Origin: Lama guanicoe
Lineage: Eukaryota
DNA length: 64,000 nucleotides
NCBI GenBank assembly: GCA_013239625.1
Contig: MU053810.1
Span: 3,814,071 to 3,878,070 of the forward strand
Direction: 5' to 3'
The stretch's first letter is position 1. Every line of letters begins with the position of its first letter. A model generated the notes under the pieces. The model was not told the DNA's origin, made no database searches, and saw only the letters and a program-made list of their open reading frames with translations. The translations under genes were made by a program, and so were the position numbers. This document shows, in pieces, positions 14,884 through 27,842 of this stretch.

Positions 14884-14903
14884 CAAGTGTTGCGATTCCC
14901 ACG
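14884..14903 (+). promoter_or_regulatory. PTF1 complex binding site (proximal): E-box CAAGTG + TC-box TTCCCACG
   Basis: CAAGTG-ttgcga-TTCCCACG, same 6-nt spacer as the distal site; TTCCCACG is the reverse of the canonical RBPJ site CGTGGGAA. Confidence 0.8.
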
Positions 14904-16399
14904 GACCGGCGAGCTCTGCGGCTGGAGGTCCGGGCACCCGGGGCCCGGGAGACGGGGCGGACACAGAGGGGTTTGTAGACACGCTGACCTCCGCGCTCCC
15001 GCTCTGAAAGGGCCTGAAAGGAGCAGTTTATGGTGCATTACCAGTCAAGAGCTCAGGTACCAGCGCCTTGTGCCGGGAAGCGGGGCGGCCGCCCGTGCTG
15101 CAGGTGTCAACTATACAAACGCCCGGGAGGGGGGAGGACGCCGGGGAGGGCCGGGAAGGGAAGCCTGGCAGCGCTGCGCCCGGCGCTTGCACCATTTCGC
15201 TCTTTCTCTGTGGCGACAGCAGCCGGCCTGGGGCGCAGACCCAGATCCTGGGGGGCTGGTGGGGTAGAGAAATCAGCGGGGGGCCGGGCCTACGGGACGT
15301 TATTTATGGGCAACATTTGATGCAGAGGCGAGTAGGGGGAGGCTTTGAGCCTCTGCCCAGCGCCGACCCAGTTTCAAGGCTGAGGGCAGAGGGAGGTCAC
15401 AGGAGGCTAGAACTTCCTAGGGGAGGCGACCACTGTGCCGGGCAAGGAAGAGGAATTTTGCCCCCCCGTTGGGCTGCTTGGGCCCCCAGGGGCCTGCCCG
15501 GATTTAACTTGAACTTCCCACGTGGGTCCATGCTCCCCATCTATCTTCCTGTGCAAACATGGGCCTGAACCTGGGTGCACGTGTAACAAATGTTCTTGGT
15601 TAAAGCAGTGGCCCTCTCCTCACTGGCCTCTCCCCAGCGCCAGAGTCACTTCCAGCCCAGAAGAAACCAAGGAGGGCGCACCCTTAGCCGGTAACCCCTG
15701 TGGGCCCCTCTCTGTCCCCAAAGGCCTGGCAATCCTAGAACTCAACTCCTCAAGCTGGCTTCTATACAGCAACACCTTGAAATGCTTTTTCCCTTAGGGA
15801 GGAGACTGCTGATCGGTTTTACTTCCTAGGTAGGCCCTCAAAAGTCTTCATGGGGCCAAAGTACTAAAAAAGAAAAATAGTAAAACAAACAACAAAAGCC
15901 ACCACTGCTGTGATATTAAGTAAGACAATTTAAAAAATTAACAAATGGTGTTTAATGGTTTTCAGGGCCAACTAGAAGAAGATGAGGCAGACAGAAATTG
16001 TAGGTTCATCTGAACAAAGCTTCTGGGTCCTTCCAAAGGTTTTAGAGGTTGTCTGCCCTGCTTCCTTACCTAATTTTACCTGGAAACTTCCTTCTCCTTG
16101 ATGCAACTGCATCACCATTGTGATGACCTTTACATGTGTCCTCTACTATTAGAATTAGCTTTTGACCGAGTAAAACTGAGTGCTTTTCTTAAAGTAACAG
16201 AGAAACTAGACAAGGAATGGTGAAAAGGATGAAGAAGATGGGTGTGTGTCTGAAAAGAATGGTTTGAGAAAATTAAGGGGAGAGAATAGATTCCTTACAA
16301 GGTGAAAGAAAGACTTTCCCATCTGAAAACAAAGACAGACTCCCCCCCCCAATTAACACATTCATAACTAAATTCCTTGTATAAGTTACCCAAAGTAGG

Positions 16400-17320
16400 G
16401 GTTTCTATTTCCTCACCTTCATTCAGTCTTTGGCACACTGCATTCTGGCCCATACTCTCACTTATTTAGTCATTTTCACCAGTAACTTCCGTGGCCCCCA
16501 ATTTAAGGACAATTTCTGACTTTATCTTGCCTAAAATCACAGTAAACAGGCCCCCCATTCATCCTGATACCAAGCGCAGAATCCTCAGTACCTTCTTTTG
16601 TTTCTCTCTCGCCTCCAAGCCCACAGTGAATAAGTCACAAAATCCTAAAATTTCTTTGCCAAGTATTTCTTCAATCTTCCCGGCCACCACCCAGGCTCAA
16701 GCCCTCATAATCTCACAACTGTTCTGCTGCAGTTTTCCCATCTGTCTCCCTGCCTGTGATCTTGTTTTGCTCCAATCCAATCTCCAACATTGGAGCCTCA
16801 GTATCCTTTCTAAAAGGCAGGCTTGACCATGCACCCTCCAGCTTCAAACACTTCCCTGGTTAATTGTGTATGAATTATAAACAGGTGCTATTGTGCTAAT
16901 CAATTACATACATTATAAAGAATCAGAGAGACAAATTTTAAAAGAATAACATAGAAATAAAGATGATAATTCTAATATTTTCTCCCCATACCCAGCAGAT
17001 CTTCTCCACTCTGGAAATGACTGGTCTGTATTATGCCAAACTCCTTAACACAGCACATAACCTTCCTTGATCTAGACTCTGTATATTTTCCATTCTCATC
17101 ATCTCTTTACTTCATCCTTAATAAAATTCTTTTGTATCTTTGAATGCCATGATAATCATTCTCTGTATATTTCAAGTATATTTCAACCTCTACTCTCTGT
17201 TCTCTCTAGTCTGTAAACTCCATGAAAAAAAGATCTGTTTAATTTACTGTTCTGTGACTAGTGCTTATCACAGTTCTCAGCACAGAATTGGTGTTCAGTA
17301 AATGTTTGCTCCATAAATAA
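16400..17320 (+). mobile_element. L2 LINE fragments
   Basis: Pyrimidine-rich L2 body (gccaccacccaggctcaagccctcataatctc) and 3' tail (ctagtctgtaaactccatga...gtgttcagtaaatgtttgct). Confidence 0.65.
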
Positions 17321-17489
17321 ACATGGTACTTCTCAGAGGAAGCCATGGTTTCTATAAAGAGACTGGAAAACAGAGAAAATGGATCCACAGAAAAAGAAAA
17401 GAATGAAGCAGACATGGAAAGGGTAACAGAAAGAAGCACAGGAAAGATGGAGAGAATGTCCAGTCATCTTTCCAGATCACGGTGTCTTA

Positions 17490-17935
17490 ACAAGGGTACA
17501 AATTAGGCTGCTCTATAAAAGAGCTGAAATACATAGCGGCTTAAATGAGATAGAGGTTTATTTTTCTCTCACAAAAACAAATCAAAAGAAGACAAAGCTA
17601 GATAGTCATCCCAGGCCTCATGTGGATCTGAATGATGTGGGGTACCCAGACTCCTTTATCTACTTACATATCTATCCTTAATGTGTAGCTTTCAACTCAT
17701 GGTTCAAAATGGCTGTTCCAACTCCTGCCATTGCATTGGCATTCCAATCAGAAGGAAGAGAGAAAGTAGCAACTTGGGACATGTCCTTCCTCTTCAAAGA
17801 GCCACAAAGGTGAATATCACTTCTACTTATTAGTTAGAAGTTAGTTTCATAACCACACCAACCTGCAAGGGTGACCAAGAAATGTAGTTTTTATTTCTGG
17901 TGTCCATGTGCCCAGCTAAAATTGTGGGGTGCCAC
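17490..17935 (-). mobile_element. MLT1J/K-like LTR
   Basis: ggcttaaatgagatagaggtttatt...ggttcaaaatggctgttccaactcctgccatt...aactgcaagggtgaccaagaaatgtagttt. Confidence 0.6.
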
Positions 17936-20689
17936 TCATACAGACATGGGGGAGAATTTTCAATCTCTGAGATACCTGGCACTGCTGCCTTCCTGAGATC
18001 TAGCTACATTCCTGCTTGTGAATTCTAGGACGGGCCCTGCATCCCATCCCATAGCTCCCTTTTCATGTTGTTAGTTCAAGTTGTTTCCATTACTTGAAAC
18101 CAAAAGATTTTAAAAAACACACACACATCCTGAGTACTAAGTCTGACAACACGGGTACATCAGAAAAGCCAGGTTGTGCTGCGGTAACCACACCCAAATC
18201 TCAGTGGCTTCACACAACAAAAATTTACTTCTCGTCCAAGTTCCCTGTTCTGTGCGGGTTTTCAGGGGGACCCTGTTCATCGTAGTCACTGAAGATTCCA
18301 AGCCGACAGTTGTTCTGTCTCAAGATGCATTTCTATCATTGTTACGGAAGAGAGAACCAAAGGAGCTGAATAGTACATTGGCTCTTAAAGCTTCCTCCTG
18401 GCCCCCCTGCCCCGAATCAGCCATTTCTCTAAGGATCTCTGGAACCTTTAAGTAAGGAATGATTTTAGAAACCAAGATGTGAGAACAAATTGTGTTCATT
18501 GCTACAAAAACCCTTTTAGCAGACAGAGCTAGGGGGCAAAAAAAGAATGGACACAAGCATATACAGATACCTCTCTGTTTATATCTCTCTCCAAATGTCT
18601 CCATCTAAATATCCTAGTCTTTCTCCTTTCCCTACTTGCAGCTCCCTCCTCTAACAGTGAAGGACACACTTCTCATTATTCTCAATATATTCACTCATTC
18701 ATTTACTCCTAGATCACACAGAAAGTTGTTTTAAAATTGCTAACCTACACCACTGTGAAAATCAGACCTCCTAAGCAGTTTGTTTACAGTCCTTTTTGCC
18801 TTAGCCTGGAAGTATTGCATTCAAAATTTACTTGGATTGCTCATAACAATATCTTTTAAGTAGCAGGGTAATTACAACAATAAAATGCACTATTGAGCAT
18901 GAAGAGGAAAAAAAGCTTCCTCCTGGACGTGACATAACATTTCTACTCATCTTTTACTAACCCAAGAAAGCTACATGGTCAGATCTCACCTCAAAGAAGA
19001 TAGGGAAGTATAAGCTTATGTCCTGCCTGGAAGAAGACAGATCTGTGACGTGACTTTCCAGCTCCTATGACTCATGGGATGTCCTATGATGGAAGCCTTT
19101 CAGGCTAACTCTTACTGTAAAGAACCCAGAACAAAAAATACAGTCCTTCTGCATCTTCCCTTCTGGTCTGCTCTCACCTGCCCAGCTGAGGAAAAGTGGT
19201 CCCTAAGCACTGGGGACCTGTAAGGTCAGTGACGACATAAATCCCTCACACCACTTTAAATCAGGGCAGGGAAATGTCGCAAAGTGGATGATGGTTTGCA
19301 GAGCTTTGCTTCCACCTGGGGCGTCTTTGGAGACTCCTAGGAGGCTCCGCACATGTCCTAGCTCCGTCTTGGATTTTTACGACGGGTTGGTACACAGGCC
19401 TGGTAAGTTTCAAGCCTCCAAAAAAAAAAAAATACAAGGACCAGGAACAGATGAGAAAACAGGAGGACATTCTAGCACGAGGGACATACAGGGAAATGGG
19501 TTTCCAAGGCTGGTGAAGGCTAAGTAAAGGTGAGATTCAAGGTTCTTGCGGAAATCTCTGACTACCCGCAAAATGCTTTCAAGTGACTGCAACAGGCCAC
19601 GTTGTAAGACTTCATCCCTGTGATGGATGGATGACATTACCTTTCAAGGGCACTAGTAAAAGGCCATAGATATGACGATCCGGTTGCCATGTGTTGCTTA
19701 CACCTTAGTGGAGCAGATGTTTTCCTTTATGGCCTCTCGCTGAGATCGATGGCCCCGAAGTAATCGGCTTTTAAAGAGGGCCAAAAGGATAATTTGGAGC
19801 CCTGGGCTTTCTCTGAGGACATGGGTGTTGGTGGGGCAGAGATGTGGTCACGATGAGGCCACGCCATGCCTGCGATGGGGAGGGAAGCAGGCTAAGAAAG
19901 GAGATGCAAAAAGGCACATTGAATGCATTGACCTGACGCTTGCTTGAGATGGAGCCTGTAGCATCCAGTATATTTGCTGGCACTCACGTCCCTAAACCAG
20001 GGAAAATTGGGGGGTGAGGGGGATTAGTGCATGCCTTCCACTTTCATAAATCTACTCAGCCTCCCAGAAACAGACTTCTGCCCCTCCTCATGTGGTCAGA
20101 CTCACTCAAGACTCACCCAGCTCAACACTATTCCCCTTATGAAGACCTCCCTAAACCCTCACTCTTGTGCTGAGCCATTACACCTCAATGACAGCTCTCA
20201 CTACACCGGATTATAATCATCTCTCCTCTCTCTGCCGCCCCAAGGATGTGTTAAGGCACAGAGGCTACATCTTACTCGTCTCTGATCCCCAACATTTAAC
20301 ACAGTGATTGAGCATAGCCGATGCTCAAAACATCTTTCTTAAAGAGATAAATAAATAAAGACTTATAACAGGGCACGTTTTCTTAGTATTTCCACATTGC
20401 TTTTAACCTTGTGTATAATATGGAAAAAAAGACAATTCAACTTAAAAAAACTGTAATTGATTTGCATTATATAGACTAGAAGTCTCCAAAGTGACCAAGA
20501 TGTTCCATTGGTTATGGGAAAATTTTTAGAAGTTCTATTATATTTTTACTCATCTTCCTAAAATTTCTTTTTGTGCGTGTTTAAAAATGTGTGCAACATA
20601 TTAATATAGTCTTATTTCTATGCAATTTTAAGTACATAAACATACATAAATTCACCTTAGAGTGTATACTCAAAAGTGGTAATAAGGTA

Positions 20690-21180
20690 TGTCAGACATA
20701 GCTAATCCCACACCTTCCACAGACACAAACTATTTTTCTCTCCTTATTTGGTAACATCCCAAGTATTAACTGGGAATAAGGTCATCAAACTCAAGACCAC
20801 CCCTTTCACCTTCCCTTGTAGCTAGATGTGGCCATGGGATGGCTCAGGTCAACTGAATGTGAATTGCAGTGATTTGTGAAAACTTCAGGTCATGATCTTA
20901 AAAGGAAAGGAGTGTGCCCTTCCTCTTTCCTTTTTCTTGTTGGTTGGGATGCAGACATGATGGTTGGAGCTGAAGCAGCCATTTTGTACTCAAGGTTTGA
21001 AGCTGTGTTTCAGGAAGATAGAGCAACATGTTACAAGGAAGCTTGACCTCCAACCCCTTTAGCTGCCATATAAACTTCGAGTTGCTTATGTTTGGACTAT
21101 TGCATGGGAGAGACAAAAATGTTACATTGTCTTTATGTATTTGTTATAGAAGCCAGAACTTTATTCAGAATAATGCAAGA
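20690..21180 (+). mobile_element. MLT1/ERVL-type solo LTR
   Basis: ttcccttgtagctagatgtggccatggga...gacatgatggttggagctgaagcagccattttg. Confidence 0.6.
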
Positions 21181-21609
21181 CGTTCAGTCAAAAAAAAAGT
21201 TAACTTTTAAATGATTCCTTTATATAGACAATCAGGTGGAAGAAACCAATGGTAGAGAAGCCTTCAGGTTTTTTTTTTAATGCCTGTGCTATCACTTCTC
21301 ATTTATATCTTTTTCACTCCTTTTTTCTTCTATACTTTATAGACATTTAATAAAAACTTGTTCAATACTATATTGTATACTTGAAAGTTGCTGTGAGAGT
21401 AGAGCTTTAATATTCTCACCATAACAACAACAAAAAAATGATAATTATGTGAAGTAAAGGATGTGTTAACCTTATTTTGGTAAACATTTTGCAAAAATAT
21501 ACACATATCAAATCCTCACACTGTACACTTTAAATATACAATAAAGCTCAGGGGGAAAAAGAAAAAATAAACCTTACTGATTACTCTACTGAGTATAGAG
21601 GAAACAGGA

Positions 21610-21850
21610 TGGAAGTAGCATTCTCTGAGTGCCTGCTCTGTATCAGATACTTTACCTAGGTCATTTCACTAACTTTCCACAGCAATCCTTAAGGTAGATA
21701 TTATGATTTCTTCTCATTTCTACAGACAGTGAAACTAAAGCTCAGCAAGTTTAAATACCTTCTCCAGGAACACACAACTGTAAGGACTAGAGCAGATGTT
21801 TGAATTTGAACTCAGATCTATGTGAGTCAAATGTCCATGTCTTCCATCCT
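21610..21850 (-). mobile_element. MIR SINE (preceded by an L1 3' tip at about 21360-21560)
   Basis: ctcatttctacagacagtgaaactaaagctcagcaagtttaaataccttctccagg...atttgaactcagatct. Confidence 0.65.
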
Positions 21851-22226
21851 CCATGATTTCATATTTCAAATGCTTTCTCTTTCAAAGTTGTAAACTCTGC
21901 CCTCTGCCTCTTCCCTTTTCTCATTTTACTTCACATCCTTTTTACTTTACTCCCCTGTTCCCTTTCCTCTCTGCATTCTAATTGCTTAACCTGAAGCCAA
22001 ACACATGTATTTGATAATCACCTGGAACAGTATTTCTCCAACTTGACTCTGAGTGGATGTATTTATATGCGTGTGTACACATATTTTAAAAATACACATA
22101 TGTGCATGTATGTCCTCACAGACACAACTTCACCCTATTTATAGAAAAATAAAGCAAGGCAATGACCAATAAAAGCTTTAATGAGCCCTCAGTGTCAGTT
22201 TAAATGATCATTAAGATGAAATAGCT

Positions 22227-22909
22227 GACAGTATGGAGGTTCCTCAGAAAATGAAAAATAGACTACCGTATGATCCAGCAATCCCACTTCTGGGCATATA
22301 TCTGGAGGGAACTCTAATTCAAAAAGATACATGCACCCCAATGTTCATAGCAGCACTATTTATAATAGCCAAGGCATGGAAGCAACCTAAGTGTCCATCA
22401 ACCGATGACTGATAAAGAAGTTGTGGTATAGTTTTTACAATGGAATACTACTCAGCCATAAAAAAGAATAAAATAATGTCATTTGTGGCAACATGGATGG
22501 ACCTAGCGATCAACATTCTAAGTGAAGTAAGCCAGAAAGAAAAAGACAAATATATGATATCACTCATGTTTGGAATCTAAAAAAAAAAGGAAAAAAGAGG
22601 ACACTGATGAAAGCATCTACAAAACAGAAATAGACTCACAGACATAGTAAACAGTCTTATGGTTACTGGGGAGAGGGGGTGGGAAGGGATAAATTTGGGA
22701 GTTTGAAATTTACAAATGTTAGCCACTATATATAAAAATAGATTTTAAAAAGTTTCTTCTGTATAGCACAGGGACCTATGTTTAATATCTTGTAATAACC
22801 TTTAATGAAAAAAATATGAAAATCAATATATGTATGTATATGCATGACTGGGACATTGTACTGTGCATTAGAAATTGACACATTGTGACTGATGGTACAT
22901 CAATAAAAA
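22227..22909 (+). mobile_element. 5'-truncated artiodactyl-type L1 with TSD
   Basis: cagtatggaggttcctcaga...atgatccagcaatcccacttctgggcatata...caataaaaaa; TSD AAGATGAAATA at 22213-22223 and 22910-22920. Confidence 0.9.
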
Positions 22910-25900
22910 AAGATGAAATATCTTAAATCTTTGCAGATATAAAGTTGGTATAAATTCTTTATATATGTTCTTATGACTGTAAAACCAAACCCATTAAAAA
23001 TTTTGGACCTATATTAATAGAATTCAAATAAACCTTAATCTAATGTGATGGATGATTCAACTTTGCTGTACTGACGTTTGTTGCAGAGTTGACGTGATGT
23101 TGGTTCCACCATCTTCAGCCCACTGTGTGTCATGTGATAACTCATTTCTCATCCCAGTTTAATTAAACTACCATGATGGCTTTGTTTATCTAGCGTGCTC
23201 TGTAGTTATTTGGTTTCTTGGCACAAGCAAAATATCTGAGTCTTCTCTTTAGCCCAAAGCAGCTATCATAGCCCATGTGGCACCACCACAATCTTAAACA
23301 CAAATGTTCACTTCGAGTCAGGTTCCAAGTTCAAAGCTAGGGCCAGGTTTTTAGGTGGCCATCCGGGTGGGCCAGAATATGCTCACAATTTGTCATCATT
23401 GTTTTTTAAGACTAGCATCTGAACGTGGCCATGAAATGGGGGGGGTCACAATTAACTTGTGGAGTCTTCATTTAAGAAGTAAGATCCAGAAAATCAGAGG
23501 TCCGCAGAAATGAGAGGCCCAATGACAGGTCAGAAACTTCACCTGGAAAATCAAACTCCTGGGGATGAAACAGTCCCTTTGTTACGAAGAGGGGAAAGTC
23601 TATAAATACGACCCACTGATGACAGAGACGTGGGCAGATTAGGGGCTGACTCTTTCCTATAACAAGCCGGGCTTGTTTTTCCTTGCAGGTGAGGAAAGGC
23701 CTCTGGCTCCGGACTGCAGAGCTGGTGAGGATGGAGGAGTGAGAGCGGAAGGCCAGCTCCCGCCCCTTTCCTGGCCCCATGGCCCTAGTGCGTCTCTGAG
23801 AAAGACCCTGCGGAAGAGAAACCGGAAAGGTGGGCCTGTGTGAACGCCCCCTGTTGAGCACTGTGGCCTTGCTCTGCCCCTTTGCAGGGTTTCTCTGTGG
23901 GCCATCCTGTGTGGATGGACCACCTCTCCAGCCCCCACTTACAACTGTGAGCATTAGCCAAAGGCTGTCGCCAGGCCTCATGCTAACTGCCTCCAAAAGA
24001 CGTGAGAACAGCTGAACAGATGTGCGCTGCCTCTTTCAGTTTCAGCCAGGAATCAACCTATCTTTGTTGATATAGTGGCTGGTATTTGTCCACTACAAAC
24101 CTGAGATTGGGGAGGGGTGGCTGGAGTCAAAAATGACTGCAGCCTGACGAGTAGGGCTCCCACCTGTAACCGATGATGTATCTTATTCCACCAACGTTTG
24201 CTGAGCACCTGCTAACCTACTACTGCTGAATAACTAATTGAGCAAGTATTTCTGTGTGCTAAGCACTGGGTACACGTTTACAGTTGTTAACTCACTTAAT
24301 CCTCATGCTAACCCAACGCGATAGTATTATTATCATTCTTTTTCGCACGTGCAGGGCTGGAAGCACAGACGGATTAGCTAATTCGCCCAAACAGCTGATC
24401 CCAGTGGTCAGGTTCCACAGTCCACACTCACAAACCCATGCTTCCCGGCCTCTGTGGTGGCAGTGGAAAGTGGGGGCTCCCTTCCCAGTGGCAGAAAGAG
24501 GCTCAAACCTCTTGTGGTGTCTAACCGGAGAGGGATCTTGTGGTGGCAAAGCCAGAGGCCAGGCAGGACATATGCAGGGTGCTTACTTCCTGCACGCCCA
24601 AGTGTGAAAACTGCACTCCCAGGCTTTTACGCAGTTTCCCCAAGTAACAAGTTTCTCAGCTAATAGTGGGCAGTTCCTTAGTTGAAGCAGACATGGGCTG
24701 GGATGAGCTTCTCCAAACACAGATTAACCCAGCTGAGGAAAAGTTCTGGTCCAGACAGGATTTTAAGGAACAAGGACAAAAATGCCACTGCAAGATCCCT
24801 CCAGCTTCAGGACCACTGATACTAGTGAAAGCTAAGTATTATTGAGATGGGGTAGAAACCGTTCCGAGGGAATCAAAATCAATGGCCTGCCAAGCAACGA
24901 ATGAAGTCAGACCACAGGCTGGACACAAAGGGATTCTGAGGGATGTACAAAGCACGGCCAGAACTGTGAGTTCCCAGGAGGGAGTAGTACTTAAGTGATA
25001 AGGAAATTATCCAGTGGTGAAGTCCTACCTATGATGAACCATCCTCCCACCGTGAAAGCCCGTCAGTAAAGATATGGGGAAATTATGATGAGATTCGGTC
25101 AAGCGAAAAATGCAACATATCAAACTAGAAATATATGGAAGGAAACAGACCAAAATGTTAGTAGACTTCACGTGGAGGCCGTGGGACTGTGGACAGTGCA
25201 GACAACGTGGTGGTTTTAAGAGTAATGTTAAATTTCCCTTGTATTGTCACATCCCCCTAAATTTTATTTGACATTGATTTCATGCAGGAAAGAACACTTC
25301 CCCCAGTGCCATCCCATTTCAACTGCGCCCTATACGGGACTTAGGCAATAGAAGAAGGGCTCACTCAGGACCTGGTCGACATGCAGGCACCCTGTGCCTG
25401 GCAGCCCCTGCCAGCCCTCACGGGCCCCATCTGTTGGAGGGTGCTTGTTGACTTCTGAAGATAGCACAAGATAATAATAACCAGGTTCTCTGGAGGGCTT
25501 TTGCAGGGCTTATATGAAGATAACATAAACTCTGAAAGTTTCCTTAAAAAAAAATTCACTATTATTTTTAATATTCATAATTCAAAATTTAAAAATTTTC
25601 TGCATATATGTTCCTGCATTTCAAAAATCAAAATATCCAAGAGGGTATAAATGAAAATTCCTTTCCATTAGCCACTCAGTTTCCTTTCTTAATGCTGCAA
25701 ACACCATCAGTTTCTTATGTATCCATCTGGAGATATCTGACAGCTGCATAAACCAAAACACGCACATATATTCGCTGTTCTCTCTCTTTTTTTTTTTTCA
25801 GTGCAAGTGGGAACATACTAGCCACTCTTGCTTCTTTCACTTTAGTGATGTATCTGGGAGATCATTTCACATCACAACATCAAAAGCATTCTTCTTTTTT

Positions 25901-26979
25901 TAATGGTGGCTGAATATTACAGCTACACCATAATTCACTGAAGGATGGATGTGAAGCCAGAAAAAACACGTAGCTTTGAAAAGAAACAAACAGGGAAAAA
26001 AGCTCCAAGTTCCAATTCCTATTAATTTGTTTTTTCACTGCTCACTATACCAAGGCACAGAAGTCTGGTGATAATGACCCGCAGCGTTTACATTACTCAA
26101 GACCAAACACCTTCTGGAATAACAAGACCGAAGGACAAAGCTCAGAAGCTTTGCGATTCAGCAAATAAACCTTGACACGACAGAAAATACTTATTTGGAT
26201 AATTATATCAGCATTTTGGTGTTTCTCCCGCCAAAGATTAATGTTTAACCATGGGAAATGTGAGAAGGACGGAGATGGGTGTCTGGCATCAGGATTGTCC
26301 GCATGATTCGTGGCAGCCACGTGCCTCCAGCCCTCATTCCCAGAAGGGATGTGGGGGACATGGCCCAGCTGTTTTTTTTAGGCCAAGTAGCCTCAGAGTG
26401 AAGTGTCTGATGGGAAACGCTAGAAAATGATGCCAAAGTCCCCACCACTTTGTGCTGTGGGGGTGGGAGAAATAATAGTCCACATTTCTTCTCACAGCTC
26501 TCTGGCCCCAGCTGGGTCACTCCAGGGCAGTGACTTAGCCTTTCGGAATCTTATGACTTGGAAATAGTAAAAATACCTGCCCAGTTGATCTCAGAGTGCT
26601 GTGTTAGCCAACAAGGGAATCTATGTGAAAAAGCATATAAAAGCAGCCACATTCTGAAATCAACATGGTTTCAGAAAAGTTAGATTAAGTCAGCTACGTT
26701 CTCACAGAGAAGGGGCAAGAGGATGCTAAGTAAAGCATAGAGATGTGGAGCCAGCCAACCTGGTGTGGAATTCTGCCCTCTTCTCTGACAGGCCATACAG
26801 CCCTGGGCTCAAGACCAAGTCTCTTCTATTCCCTGGCTGAAGTAAGGAGGATACCCTTCAGAAAATATGAGGGCAAATGATAAACATAAGTGAGAGTCCC
26901 CTCAAATGATCATCTCCATCTTTTCTAGTGTTTGTATTATTCCTCTACCTATCTTAGAATGAATGTAAGATCTGCAAAC

Positions 26980-27842
26980 TGAATAGACATTTTTCTGAAG
27001 AGGAAATGCAGATGGCCAGCAGGCACATGAGAGGATGCTCATCATTGTTAATCATCAGGGAAATGCAGACCAAACCCACCACGAGATACCACCTCACACC
27101 TGTCAGAATGGCCACCATCAAAAGGAACACAAATAACAGATGTCGGTGAGGATGCAGAGAAAAGGGAACCCTTCTACACTGTTGGTGGGAATGTAAATTA
27201 GTGCAGCCACTGTGGAAAACAGTATGGAGGTTTCTCAAAAAAATAAAATTAGAACTACCATATGAGCCAGAAATTCCACTCCTGGGTGTATCTCTGAAAA
27301 AAAACAAAAACACTAATTCAAAAAGATACATGCACTCCAAGATTCATAGCAGCATTATTTACAATTGCCGAGATATGTAAGTAACCTAAGTGTCCATCAA
27401 CAGATGACTGGATAAAGAAGATGTGAGGTGTATGTATATATATTATATATATATATATGTAATATACACACACACATACACATACATACAATGGAATACT
27501 ATTCAGCCATAAAAAGAATGAGATGTTGCCATTTGCAGCAAAATGGAGGGCATTATGCTAAGTGAAAAAAGTCAGACAGAGAAAGACACATACTGTATGA
27601 TATCACTTTTATGTGGAATCTTAAAAATAAAACATATTAGTGAATACAACAAAAAAGAAGCAGACTCACAGATGTAGAGAACAAACTAGTGGTTCCCAGT
27701 GGGGAGAGGGAGGAGGAGGAGGAGTAACATGGGGTAGGGCTTTATTATGGGATTATATGAAATCACGTGTATGAAACTTTTGAAAATTGTAAAGCACAGC
27801 AGAATTTAATGAATCTGTCACTGAATAAAAAGAAAAAGTTAA
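26980..27842 (+). mobile_element. 5'-truncated L1 with TSD and internal (TA)n/(CA)n microsatellite
   Basis: L1 ORF2 C-terminus and 3'UTR; TSD AAGATCT(G/T)CAAAC at 26967-26979 and 27843-27855. Confidence 0.9.

Larger units (their letters stand above)
12600..15330. promoter_or_regulatory. CpG-island region 17-20 kb upstream of PTF1A; probable PTF1A 5' autoregulatory enhancer
   Basis: Dense CpG with no credible coding ORF; contains two matched E-box+TC-box composite sites (13575-13592, 14884-14903). Position agrees with the known upstream autoregulatory Ptf1a enhancer. Confidence 0.8.

Noticed and set aside
12352..15568. Many overlapping ORFs in the upstream CpG region
   Set aside because: Low-complexity GC-driven frames with no homology or splice logic I can recognise.
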